Shown: positions 7,537-16,021 of the stretch, piece by piece
How the letters are laid out: the number at the start of each line of letters is the position of its first letter
How positions within the stretch are numbered: position 1 is the stretch's first letter
Source: an uncultured virus (IMG/VR IMGVR_UViG_3300035520_000621)
Lineage: Duplodnaviria; Heunggongvirae; Uroviricota; Caudoviricetes
Strand: one strand, 5' to 3'
Virus record (IMG/VR): IMGVR_UViG_3300035520_000621
Length of the DNA: 20,000 nt
Program-made: the position numbers and the translations under genes
Notes under the pieces: generated by a model
Told to the model about the DNA's origin: nothing
Databases searched by the model: none
The model's input: only the letters and a program-made list of their open reading frames with translations

Positions 7537-8119
7537 TGTCATTGCTACAATTAAACGCCCTTGCGCTACGATTGCAGATATCAAACGAGAGTTGGGAATA
7601 GCCGGAGCGCGAGCAATAATCGTCATTGCACTTATTGATGTTGTGAAATCGCTCAACATTAGCCGCAACATGAACGATGTGCAAGTTGCTAAGACAGCCG
7701 ATTTGATAATTCGCGAGTATTGGTATTACACAATTCCCGAAGTCAAAGATTGCTTGCAAAATGCAATTCTCAACGAGCAATTGTATGAGCGGCTTGACGT
7801 TAACATTGTGATGAAATGGTTTAAGGATTACGACATCAAACGCGATGAGAAAATCATTGGATATCGAGAGCAAGAGAAATCTAAACTCGAAAATGAAACA
7901 AAAGAACCGATAATTGAAAACGGTGGATTTGAGACCTATCGCCAACGTGTAGAAGCCAAAGCTGCCGAAGGTGACCCACAAGCCATTAGGGATTTGGAGA
8001 ATATCCAAACCGTTATGGCATCCTCTTCCTTATCTCCTGAAGCCCAACGCCGCAAAGAAATCGAATACAGAATATTTAAGGCGAATTATGACAAAAGTAA
8101 AAAATATCAAGGCGGATAA
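7439..8119 (+). CDS. Probable helicase-loader-position replication protein (DUF6633-like); start uncertain
   Basis: Follows and overlaps the initiator-like gene; 'TIADIKRELG', 'IIREYWYYTIPEV', 'LYERLDVNIVMKWF..YD..R'. Confidence 0.5.
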   Translation: MKDNSLTTRTNSEELQNLKTSPTQYYQDIQPRDVIATIKRPCATIADIKRELGIAGARAIIVIALIDVVKSLNISRNMNDVQVAKTADLIIREYWYYTIPEVKDCLQNAILNEQLYERLDVNIVMKWFKDYDIKRDEKIIGYREQEKSKLENETKEPIIENGGFETYRQRVEAKAAEGDPQAIRDLENIQTVMASSSLSPEAQRRKEIEYRIFKANYDKSKKYQGG

Positions 8120-8393
8120 TGGTAACAATCAGCAATGCGACAGCAACAATGATACTCTCAATCACGCGCAAAATCAAAATAAGGTTAGCGAGTTCAACAC
8201 GAACAGCCGACCGCGAACTACTAAGGCAATGTTCGGTTTTGAATACACTCGTTACGAAGAAGCTCGTATCCAAGCCGCCTGCCAAACGGCGTTAAATTAC
8301 ATGAGGCAAACCACAACCAAAAAGAGAGTTAATTTTATTGGTATTGACCGCAGCCATTACTTTGACAAGCCAATTCAACACGAAGATGATTGA
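8088..8393 (+). CDS. Hypothetical protein
   Basis: ATG 8088 within ORF 7971..8393; overlaps neighbours in operon fashion. Confidence 0.55.
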   Translation: MTKVKNIKADNGNNQQCDSNNDTLNHAQNQNKVSEFNTNSRPRTTKAMFGFEYTRYEEARIQAACQTALNYMRQTTTKKRVNFIGIDRSHYFDKPIQHEDD

Positions 8394-8719
8394 TTATGAG
8401 GATATGTGAATTTATGACGATTGATATTGGTGGCAATATTTTCAAGTGGATTACAAAGCCACAATACGATGTTGACGGCAAAGTTTGGTTTAGCCCACGT
8501 GGTGAACATCCACAACGGCTTACCGAGCTCGATGTGCGCTATATGTTCTCAGACTTTGATTACAGTGTTGGCGTTGGTATTTACCCACTTAAAGCCAAAC
8601 ACAAAATCCCGTTTTTCGAGGTATGTTGCAATCGTGGCAAGCAAAACGAATATACGCAGCGAGTGCCGATAGCTAACACCAAGATATTGGCAGAAGCTGC
8701 AAGGAAAGATAAACGTTGA
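8390..8719 (+). CDS. Hypothetical protein
   Basis: 109-aa ORF tiling the operon. Confidence 0.6.
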   Translation: MIMRICEFMTIDIGGNIFKWITKPQYDVDGKVWFSPRGEHPQRLTELDVRYMFSDFDYSVGVGIYPLKAKHKIPFFEVCCNRGKQNEYTQRVPIANTKILAEAARKDKR

Positions 8720-8779
8720 CCAAGAGAGGTTGACAATTTTTTATTTTTACTGTGGGGCGTGGTCCACGCGTCCCTACAA

Positions 8780-8857
8780 GGGCGGTAAACTAAATTTAAT
8801 TAAATAGAGTTTTTTTGTTGAAGGTTAGTTGTGGGGGTTCGACACCCCCACCGCCCA
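8780..8857 (+). ncRNA. tRNA-like RNA (perfect acceptor stem and T-arm; no D or anticodon arm)
   Basis: GGGCGGT (8780-86) pairs with ACCGCCC (8850-56), discriminator A; T-arm GGGGG-TTCGACA-CCCCC (8833-49); interior AT-rich with a single AACTAA/TTAGTT stem. Confidence 0.75.
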
Positions 8858-8868
8858 CTACTTATGTT

Positions 8869-9159
8869 ATGGTAAGCAATCACACAAAGCAAGTGCGAAA
8901 ACTCGCAGGGTTTTATCTCAATGTGGCTGACTTAATCCGCAAGGATATTCAGCATCGCACCACGCTCGACAAAATAGCCGATAAGTACGACCGCAATATG
9001 GCGTATTCGTGGATGCAATGGAGCGATGCCAAGCAATGGTTTACAAGTGGTATTGGTGCTGATAATACACTTGAATACTATCTCAAATCACACTTGCTTC
9101 TTGTGTCACTTACTGAATTATACCATATCATTAGAGAATACTATAACTTAAATTATTAA
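8869..9159 (+). CDS. Hypothetical protein
   Basis: ATG 8869, just after the tRNA-like element. Confidence 0.65.
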   Translation: MVSNHTKQVRKLAGFYLNVADLIRKDIQHRTTLDKIADKYDRNMAYSWMQWSDAKQWFTSGIGADNTLEYYLKSHLLLVSLTELYHIIREYYNLNY

Positions 9160-9165
9160 CATACA

Positions 9166-9475
9166 ATGAATTACCCCCCCCCACCGTCATCAAGACCCAC
9201 ATCTTGATGATTTACTCCTCCATTTATACAATACGGAGGCAGAGCTAAAAAAGATTGGAAACCTCCGCAGTGAATTGCGCAGCCAAATTCTCAAAGCGAT
9301 GCAATCTAATAAAATAGAAAAATACCGCACCGATTTCGTTTGCTGTGAAATATGCCCACCAAAAACACGGCATAAGGTAGACACAGATAGACTAAAGAAG
9401 TTCTACTCTGACGTATTTTTAGACTGCACAGAATTGGTTGAGGTTGCTGCATATATAAATTGCAAATGGGATTAA
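9166..9475 (+). pseudogene. Gene out of frame at a C9 tract; restored product ~102 aa, coiled coil resembling the C-terminal domain of YqaJ-type phage nucleases
   Basis: ATG 9166 after an A-rich leader stops at TGA 9205-9207. With C8 it reads MNYPPHRHQDPHLDDLLLHLYNTEAELKKIGNLRSELRSQILKAMQSNKIEKY...VDTDRLKKFYSDVF...WD to TAA 9475. Confidence 0.7.
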
Positions 9476-9489
9476 AATCAATAAAAACC

Positions 9490-9918
9490 ATGCAGCCACA
9501 AAGAATGATATACAGAGGTAAAGACTTACAATCAGGTGAGTGGGTTTACGGCGCACTCGTTGATATTTTTATTGAGTTTATAATTATAAGCAAGACAATT
9601 GCGCACCAGTCAGGAAATAAAATCATCTTTGACAAGTCAGCAGGCGCACAATTCTACCATGTTGACCCCAAAACGATTGGAATGTACTCAGGTTTTGAAG
9701 ATGTCAACGGTACAGACATATACGAAGGTGACATCTTGCAACTTGTATCTGATTGCCACGGCAACGAGCCGAAATACAAAGACAATCGCAAAGTGCTTTT
9801 TACCCGTGGCGCGTTTCGTCTTGAATTTAAGCGATACGACACCAGTACGTTGCTCTGTGACCACGAGGTGAACAGGTTTTGGCGCGTGATAGGAAACATA
9901 TATGACAATGCGGAGTGA
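9490..9918 (+). CDS. YopX family protein
   Basis: 'YRGKDLQSGEWVYGAL', 'TIGMYSGFEDVNGTDIYEGDIL', 'VIGNIYDN'. Confidence 0.92.
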   Translation: MQPQRMIYRGKDLQSGEWVYGALVDIFIEFIIISKTIAHQSGNKIIFDKSAGAQFYHVDPKTIGMYSGFEDVNGTDIYEGDILQLVSDCHGNEPKYKDNRKVLFTRGAFRLEFKRYDTSTLLCDHEVNRFWRVIGNIYDNAE

Positions 9919-9998
9919 ATAATATAAAGACGCACATATAGCGTTTAGCTCTGATGAACGGCGAAGCACAAGAATAATAACCCTTAAAGTATAGATAT

Positions 9999-10187
9999 AT
10001 GTGTTACTTAAATCGCGAAAATACAAGACGCATAGACACGTTAGAGGATATTGAAGATGCGCTCCGTCTGTTGCGTATGATAAAGAACTTCGTCGCTGAT
10101 GCAGAAGAAGCAGGCGTAAGCCGTCGGCAAATTGCTGATATGGTTAACGAAAAAGCTGATAATTACCTAACATTATATGGCGTATGA
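9999..10187 (+). CDS. Hypothetical protein
   Basis: 62 aa; ATGA overlap with next gene. Confidence 0.6.
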   Translation: MCYLNRENTRRIDTLEDIEDALRLLRMIKNFVADAEEAGVSRRQIADMVNEKADNYLTLYGV

Positions 10188-10384
10188 CACAACTTAGACC
10201 AACCGACCAAGCCAAGCGCGAGCGCATTGCGCAGCTTGAACGCGAGATAACCAACGCACCAACCACATGGTACAATATGACATTGTGCGGTTGTTCCACC
10301 GATGAGATGCGCGGCTTCGATGATTATATTCGTGAATGTGAGCAAGAATTAAAAGAATTGCAAGATGACACGCGAACAATTTGA
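10184..10384 (+). CDS. Hypothetical coiled-coil protein
   Basis: 66 aa; translationally coupled. Confidence 0.65.
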   Translation: MTQLRPTDQAKRERIAQLEREITNAPTTWYNMTLCGCSTDEMRGFDDYIRECEQELKELQDDTRTI

Positions 10385-10682
10385 CAAGATTTTAGTCTTA
10401 ACGAGCGAGGTAGACAGCCGACCGAAGAACATTGACTTAGCTGTCGGACGCCCTTACACGTCAAGCATGACGAAACAGCAGTGTATCGACCAATTCGTAG
10501 CCGAAATGGGCAAACGCTTATCGCTGCGCAACCTTGACTACGTGGCGCATCTTGACGGCAGCGTTGAGTCTACATTTTCCCAAGACATATCGCACTGCCT
10601 GACCGCTGATGAGTTCTTTGACTTCATGAGGCGCGTTGACGAGGCACAAATCAAATATAGACAATCAAGGCATAACATATGA
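10365..10682 (+). CDS. Hypothetical protein
   Basis: 105 aa; ATGA overlap with next gene. Confidence 0.65.
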   Translation: MTREQFDKILVLTSEVDSRPKNIDLAVGRPYTSSMTKQQCIDQFVAEMGKRLSLRNLDYVAHLDGSVESTFSQDISHCLTADEFFDFMRRVDEAQIKYRQSRHNI

Positions 10683-11053
10683 GAACGATAAAATTCAGAG
10701 GCAAGGTATTCCCACAAAACAAATGGCTATACGGGGATTTGTTGACCTCAGATGATTTTAAAGTAGCCGTTATACGCGACCATAATAGCTGCGTTGAACA
10801 GCGCGTTGTCACTGATACAATCGGTCAATTCACGGGCTTGTTGGACTGCAACGGCAAGGAAATCTACGAGGGCGATGTGATTGAAAGTATGAATGGCTTT
10901 AGGCGCAAGGTCGCTTTTGTCGAAGATGCCGCGTCACCTATGCTGATATGGCTCAATGATGAAGATATAGACTCCCCTAAGACTATATCTTGTAGCTTTA
11001 TAAGAAAATATGGCTATCGTGTTATCGGCAACATCCACGACAACGTGTTTTAA
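10679..11053 (+). CDS. YopX family protein
   Basis: 'MRTIKFRGK....WLYGDL', 'TIGQFTGLLDCNGKEIYEGDVI', 'VIGNIHDN'. Confidence 0.93.
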   Translation: MRTIKFRGKVFPQNKWLYGDLLTSDDFKVAVIRDHNSCVEQRVVTDTIGQFTGLLDCNGKEIYEGDVIESMNGFRRKVAFVEDAASPMLIWLNDEDIDSPKTISCSFIRKYGYRVIGNIHDNVF

Positions 11054-11074
11054 GCAAATCTAAATAGTTTAGAT

Positions 11075-11350
11075 ATGGATGAAACACAAATAAAGATGTT
11101 CATCAAAGGTATGATGTATGAACGTGTACACGGCAATTGGCGGTCTGTTGAAGATGAGCTACCCGAATTTGGCGAGCGAGTGCTGATAGTATCACTCTTG
11201 CCAAGCGGATACAGAGAAATGCGAGTAGCAAATCTGTTTCGGTGTCGCAACGAGGAAACGGGCGAAGAAACAACGTCATGGACTAACCCGGTTAAGAACG
11301 AAACTGTCACCCATTGGATGCCACTTCCGCAGCCACCCGAAGAAGATTGA
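11075..11350 (+). CDS. DUF551-domain protein
   Basis: 'WRSVEDELPE....VL' and 'VTHWMPLPQPP'. Confidence 0.88.
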   Translation: MDETQIKMFIKGMMYERVHGNWRSVEDELPEFGERVLIVSLLPSGYREMRVANLFRCRNEETGEETTSWTNPVKNETVTHWMPLPQPPEED

Positions 11351-11458
11351 ACTTGTCGAAAATCCCGACAAGTTGACGTATGCAAAAATTGCACACATCG
11401 CAAATTGTGAACATCAAGCAAATTTACTGTTCACAAAACACCTAAAAATGAACACAAA

Positions 11459-11695
11459 ATGAATAAAGAAACATTTAAAAAAGCAATCAAATTGCATAAG
11501 GAACTTATAGACCTCGAAGCGATAAAGAACGGAAGATATGAACTCGAATACACAATGTGCTACGGAACTATGTGTTTGCAAGCAGGTGCGGGAAACGCAA
11601 GGTTTAGAGAAATCCTCAAGCCGCACGAAGAACAAATCAAAAAAGAGGTTGACGATGCAATTGAGGACGTTAAACAACAGACAGCTGAATTGTGA
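11459..11695 (+). CDS. Hypothetical protein
   Basis: 78 aa; overlaps next gene. Confidence 0.65.
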   Translation: MNKETFKKAIKLHKELIDLEAIKNGRYELEYTMCYGTMCLQAGAGNARFREILKPHEEQIKKEVDDAIEDVKQQTAEL

Positions 11696-11913
11696 TTATG
11701 GGGAATAAGCCTAACAAAAAGCGAGATATAGAAGTCACGATATTCGCTTTATTAGCTGTTATATCGTTCCTTGCTTTTTGCCTCCTATTTGTAGATTTCG
11801 TACACGAGCATTGGGGCTACAAGCCGTTATACGCGCTGTTGGCGTTGCTGTTCTCAATAATATTTTTTATGATAAGCGTTAAAACATTTGACGATAATGG
11901 AAGTAAAGATTGA
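11692..11913 (+). CDS. Small two-TM membrane protein
   Basis: Two hydrophobic stretches 'VTIFALLAVISFLAFCLLFV' and 'LYALLALLFSIIFFMISV' after a basic N-terminus. Confidence 0.7.
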   Translation: MIMGNKPNKKRDIEVTIFALLAVISFLAFCLLFVDFVHEHWGYKPLYALLALLFSIIFFMISVKTFDDNGSKD

Positions 11914-12376
11914 CAACAAATGGCGTGAAGTCACAGAAGTAGGCATTAAAGATAATGATGGCTACAATGTCGCACCCGAACGCATAACAGACGTTAAGCT
12001 CAACGGCAAGCAGTTATTCGGTAATTCCGAACAAGTGATAGTACAACTTCAACATTGGTACATGTTCAAACGCTATCTGTTGACGTTGGACGGTGCAAGC
12101 GTACAGCTTGAACTCTACGATAAGCCTCTTGGCGATGATAAAGTTACAGCTTACATTTACGCACTTTGGGCAGATGAGAGCGACCGTAGACAAGGTAAAG
12201 CGACCAAGCTAATGGACGCAGCAGAACGCATTGCCAAGCAGTGCGGCTACAAAGACGTGTTCCTCGAATGGCACAAACAAGAAGCCGAACGCTCAACACT
12301 TGAATGGTACGAGCGCAGAGGCTATGATATGGTATCTTTTGACACGCAATCAACGCTTTTAAAGAAGATGTTATGA
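11897..12376 (+). CDS. GNAT-family acetyltransferase with N-terminal extension
   Basis: Motif A 'IYALWADESDRRQGKATKLMDAA' (RxxGxA) and motif B 'LEWYERRGY'. Confidence 0.85.
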   Translation: MEVKIDNKWREVTEVGIKDNDGYNVAPERITDVKLNGKQLFGNSEQVIVQLQHWYMFKRYLLTLDGASVQLELYDKPLGDDKVTAYIYALWADESDRRQGKATKLMDAAERIAKQCGYKDVFLEWHKQEAERSTLEWYERRGYDMVSFDTQSTLLKKML

Positions 12377-12558
12377 CACAGATAGCAACAAATAAAGAGC
12401 AGAGTGAACGCTTGGTACGGTTAGGCGTTCCCGTGGAAACTGCGGATATGTATCTACATAGTGAGGTTGTGGCATTGTATCGTACACTTGACGAAGGACA
12501 CTCCCACGAGTATATCGAGTGTAAGGCTAAGCCAAAAGACGCAATAAGAAAGTATTAG
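12373..12558 (+). CDS. Hypothetical phage protein, possibly a truncated member of a longer family
   Basis: 'TNKEQSERLVRLGVPVETADMY' N-terminus; only 61 aa. Confidence 0.6.
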   Translation: MTQIATNKEQSERLVRLGVPVETADMYLHSEVVALYRTLDEGHSHEYIECKAKPKDAIRKY

Positions 12559-12562
12559 TAAG

Positions 12563-12934
12563 ATGGAATACAATCTATATAAAGCATGGTTGCAATCATG
12601 CCTTAATGCAGGAATACCCGCGCTTTCGCTTGATACGTGCTGCCGACTACTCGCTATCGTTTATGTAATCGGCGGCTCGATGGAGGCATTCACGCACAAC
12701 GGCAAACTGATGGCAGAATGGCAGTATGCACAAAAACGGCTCAACATCGTTGGTGGAGAGACACCAAACGAAGTTGGAGCGATGTTAATAGAGCAATATG
12801 TAAGTGAGCTTGAGACATACTATGCAAATGCACCATATAAAGGCAATGCAAGCAGCCCGCTTGCAAAAGAACACCCCGAATGGGTAGTAGAGTTTATGGC
12901 TAAAAGATACAACATAGAACATCTTTGGATATGA
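12563..12934 (+). CDS. Hypothetical protein overlapping the serine recombinase start
   Basis: 123-aa ORF. Confidence 0.7.
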   Translation: MEYNLYKAWLQSCLNAGIPALSLDTCCRLLAIVYVIGGSMEAFTHNGKLMAEWQYAQKRLNIVGGETPNEVGAMLIEQYVSELETYYANAPYKGNASSPLAKEHPEWVVEFMAKRYNIEHLWI

Positions 12935-13797
12935 TATACGGATATTTACGTGTGAGTTCCGATGAGCAAGATGTCAACTCACAAAAGCAAGGAGTAGAAA
13001 AATTCGTTCAAGGCCGCAATTGGAAGATAGACCAATATATCACTGATGAGGGCGTTAGTGGCGGTAAAGACCCCTCAAAGCGCAATCTTGGCAAACTGAT
13101 GAAACTTTGGAAGAAAGATGACATCATCATCTGTTCCGAGATAAGCCGCCTCGGTCGTGACCTCTATATGGTGATGGATATACTTCACTTCGCCATGACA
13201 CAAGGCTGTGTTATCTATACCGTCAAAGACAAGTTCGTCCTCGGCAATGACATCCAAAGCAAGGTGTTGGCATTTGCTTTCGGTCTGTCTGCCGAGATAG
13301 AGCGTCAGATGATACAGCAGCGTACAAAGGAAGGATTGCGATTAAGGATGAAACTTGGCGTGCTTGTTGGTAGACCTCTTGGCAGCGTGCGAGAAGGACC
13401 TGTCGCTGATATAGACAAGGAACAGCTAATTGAACAATACAAATGGGGTGTGCCTGAGAGACGATTGGCTGTCAACTTTGGCGTAGACCGCAATACGATT
13501 GTTCGTTGGCTACACCGATGGGGTTTGAAGCCCAATGCAGCAATAGAGAAAGCGGAACAACAGCGCAAGGAGAATAGCAAATACTTGTACAAAGAAGATG
13601 GTTATCAGATTATTGAAGATATTGACCGTGATAAGCTAACGCGATTGATTGGCTTAGACTTGACAATACCACAAATATCAGAGCAATTTCCTGAGTACAC
13701 ATACGAGCAGGTGTATGACACGATACTCTGTGATGATGAGCTTAATCCCTTGTACCACAAACATGGTCAACGCAAGGCTCGCCGCCCTAAAAAATAA
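12925..13797 (+). CDS. Small serine recombinase (resolvase/invertase family) with HTH and extra C-terminal domain
   Basis: 'YGYLRVSSDEQ' (catalytic Ser), 'DEGVSG', 'SEISRLGR', 'AEIERQMIQQRTKEGL', 'GRP', HTH 'ERRLAVNFGVDRNTIVRWL'. Confidence 0.93.
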   Translation: MDMIYGYLRVSSDEQDVNSQKQGVEKFVQGRNWKIDQYITDEGVSGGKDPSKRNLGKLMKLWKKDDIIICSEISRLGRDLYMVMDILHFAMTQGCVIYTVKDKFVLGNDIQSKVLAFAFGLSAEIERQMIQQRTKEGLRLRMKLGVLVGRPLGSVREGPVADIDKEQLIEQYKWGVPERRLAVNFGVDRNTIVRWLHRWGLKPNAAIEKAEQQRKENSKYLYKEDGYQIIEDIDRDKLTRLIGLDLTIPQISEQFPEYTYEQVYDTILCDDELNPLYHKHGQRKARRPKK

Positions 13798-13815
13798 CCC
13801 CAACAAATATATGTC

Positions 13816-14064
13816 ATGAATGAAATAAACACCCAAACACTCGACAGCATTGAACGCATTGCGGCAGCGGCACAACGATTGTCCGACAAACTGCAATTGC
13901 TGATGTTGTGCGATACAGACCAACTTGATGTGGTTGGCAGTATGGTAGCAAGAAAGTTAGACGCGCTTAACGCCGCACTGTATGACGTTAACTTACACGC
14001 AACCCCGATACACCTCGATGTATGGGGATATGTCAAACAACGAAAAAGGGAAATTTCTGAATAA
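13816..14064 (+). CDS. Hypothetical protein
   Basis: 82-aa helical ORF. Confidence 0.6.
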   Translation: MNEINTQTLDSIERIAAAAQRLSDKLQLLMLCDTDQLDVVGSMVARKLDALNAALYDVNLHATPIHLDVWGYVKQRKREISE

Positions 14065-14094
14065 TTCCCGATTTTCCCCTATTATTTCCCTATT

Positions 14095-14514
14095 ATGGAA
14101 GCAAAAGAACCCCGATACAGAATAGAGATGACACAATCGCAGTTGGCACTCATCGCGCGTTGCATCGAAGATGTTAACCGCTTCATGTGCGGTCAGACTG
14201 AATTATTCAACTCGACCGTATTGCTCGAATATAGCCACGAAGTGCAAGAGCTGCTCAAAATGTGCTATCCGTGTGTTGTTCCCGAACTGTACAAGAAATA
14301 TGGCGGATATGGTGCATCTCACGGTTGGAACGGCGGCAGTTGCTCTAATGAAGCGCAACGCAAGTTCATCGCGCAGACGTACTACCTCTACCGCGAAATC
14401 TATCACCAATTAGAAGTGAACCGCGAGCCTAAGACCAATGATTGGAACGTCTATCAAGGCGAAACATTGCGCTGCGAAGATAGTGGCGAGCCAATAAAAA
14501 TCACCAAGTTATGA
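14095..14514 (+). CDS. Hypothetical phage protein
   Basis: 139-aa ORF. Confidence 0.7.
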   Translation: MEAKEPRYRIEMTQSQLALIARCIEDVNRFMCGQTELFNSTVLLEYSHEVQELLKMCYPCVVPELYKKYGGYGASHGWNGGSCSNEAQRKFIAQTYYLYREIYHQLEVNREPKTNDWNVYQGETLRCEDSGEPIKITKL

Positions 14515-14660
14515 GTGGCAGAACAGAGCAAGCCAAGCAAACGACCAATAGCAATGACTTCCGTAGCCGTTTCACCGTCATGACAGACGATGAATACAAC
14601 AAGGCACTCGAAGCGTTGAAACGAGAGTTTGGAATAACGAATAAAACGATTAAACAATGA
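14511..14660 (+). CDS. 49-aa hypothetical protein (below ORF-track cutoff)
   Basis: MSGRTEQAKQTTNSNDFRSRFTVMTDDEYNKALEALKREFGITNKTIKQ; ATGA overlaps at both ends. Confidence 0.7.
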   Translation: MSGRTEQAKQTTNSNDFRSRFTVMTDDEYNKALEALKREFGITNKTIKQ

Positions 14661-15025
14661 GTAACAAACCAAAGAAATTCAAAATTAGCGCGGAGGAACA
14701 ACGCTACAACAAAATGGCGGCAGACATAGAAGCCGCACCACTGTATGACGGGCGTGGCAAAGGCATAGACGTTTACCGCTGTCAGCAATGTGGCGAGGAA
14801 CAATACACCTATTACCGCGACAAGGGTGTGACACCGTTCCTTATCCACTGCAACAAATGCGGACAGATAGCACAACACCGTACAACACTCAAAGACATAG
14901 GCGTAGACCATAGAACACTCAAAGCATGGGTGCGCCCAACCTACGAGCAATTCACACGATTGGAGAGAGGACTGCGCGACCACGTTTTACGCGGTGGCTT
15001 AGTATTAGAGGAGGACATCAAATGA
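14657..15025 (+). CDS. Zinc-ribbon protein
   Basis: CQQC...CNKC; 'DKGVTPF'. Confidence 0.7.
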   Translation: MSNKPKKFKISAEEQRYNKMAADIEAAPLYDGRGKGIDVYRCQQCGEEQYTYYRDKGVTPFLIHCNKCGQIAQHRTTLKDIGVDHRTLKAWVRPTYEQFTRLERGLRDHVLRGGLVLEEDIK

Positions 15026-15339
15026 AAGGAGAACAACCACTGATTGCATATCCTGCCGATATATGGCTTAACTCGCAACTTAGCGTGGCGCGATATTCGG
15101 GTGGCTGCACTATCAACCATCAACGCTATTACGTTATGGAGCAGACCGATGACCTTGTACGCTCCGACTTCGTGTCGATGTACAACCAATTGGGTAGACA
15201 GCGTTTCTTTGGTGTATTGGCAAACGCTGATGCGCCGATTAATACCGTGGCACAGTTCCGCGCTGCCTTGCGCGTATATACCGCATCGAAACAACAGATA
15301 AATCATGATGACACCGAACAATTAGAATTACCGATATGA
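15022..15339 (+). CDS. Hypothetical protein ending in a beta-clamp-binding-like motif
   Basis: ATG 15022 (ATGA overlap); C-terminus QLELPI. Confidence 0.65.
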   Translation: MKGEQPLIAYPADIWLNSQLSVARYSGGCTINHQRYYVMEQTDDLVRSDFVSMYNQLGRQRFFGVLANADAPINTVAQFRAALRVYTASKQQINHDDTEQLELPI

Positions 15340-15743
15340 GAACATTGGCTTTTACCAACGATACCGTCAATAAGGAGCTAAGACAAACGGCGCAAGCCGA
15401 AAAACGCCCCGAACTCGCACGTTTCCTTGAATTTGGCTCGGCAAACGGCTATGTGGCTGTACCGCCCGAACACCCTTACTACGGCAAAGGTTATGAAGAT
15501 GACGACATATACGATTTAAGTGTACACGGTGGCATCACCTTTGCCGCGAAATACGGAATTAGAAAACGGTATGGTTGGGAAATACAAAAACTCAACAATG
15601 ACGTTGAACCGCAAGACGATTGGTGGGTGTTCGGCTTCGATACATTGCACTGTGGCGACAATGCGGTTAATTGGAGTATAGACAAGGTGGAAGCGGAAAC
15701 GCTGCGCCTACAAGAACAATTAGAAGCGATATGGCAACAGTAG
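15336..15743 (+). CDS. Phage protein of unknown function
   Basis: 'NGYVAVPPEHP..G', 'VHGGITF', 'WVFGFDTLHCGD' pattern common in phage early regions. Confidence 0.75.
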   Translation: MRTLAFTNDTVNKELRQTAQAEKRPELARFLEFGSANGYVAVPPEHPYYGKGYEDDDIYDLSVHGGITFAAKYGIRKRYGWEIQKLNNDVEPQDDWWVFGFDTLHCGDNAVNWSIDKVEAETLRLQEQLEAIWQQ

Positions 15744-15997
15744 TTTCTAACCCCAAAGGCTACCGCGTGATAGAGTGTACCAACAGAGAACTCGGCGCGG
15801 TCACGGGTTTGTATGACTGTATCTGCGACAACTGCAACGAACCAAAGTAACACGGCTACCTAATTACAGTGCTTAACGCTTGGTTTTGCGAGGAGTGCTA
15901 CAATGAGTTTATGCAAAATAACAACCCTTACCCCGAAGATGAGCCATACGAACTGATGCACTTCCGATATTGGAAAGACGCTTTATTCATAAGATAA
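15731..15997 (+). pseudogene. Zinc-finger (CxxC...CxxC) gene broken by an in-frame TAA
   Basis: MATVVSNPKGYRVIECTNRELGAVTGLYDCICDNCNEPK*HGYLITVLNAWFCEECYNEFMQNNNPYPEDEPYELMHFRYWKDALFIR; internal TAA at 15848-15850. Confidence 0.75.
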
Positions 15998-16021
15998 ACC
16001 CTTAAAACAAGAGAATAGACC

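Noticed and set aside
8780..8857. Functional decoding tRNA or tmRNA
   Set aside because: No anticodon arm or D-loop; far too short for tmRNA, no tag ORF, and the third acceptor pair is G-C rather than G-U
11350..11374. Hairpin AACTTGTCG-N7-CGACAAGTT as a terminator
   Set aside because: The stem is real but there is no U tract; function unsupported
11692..11913. Holin
   Set aside because: Two TM helices, but it lies in the early operon with no endolysin or spanin nearby
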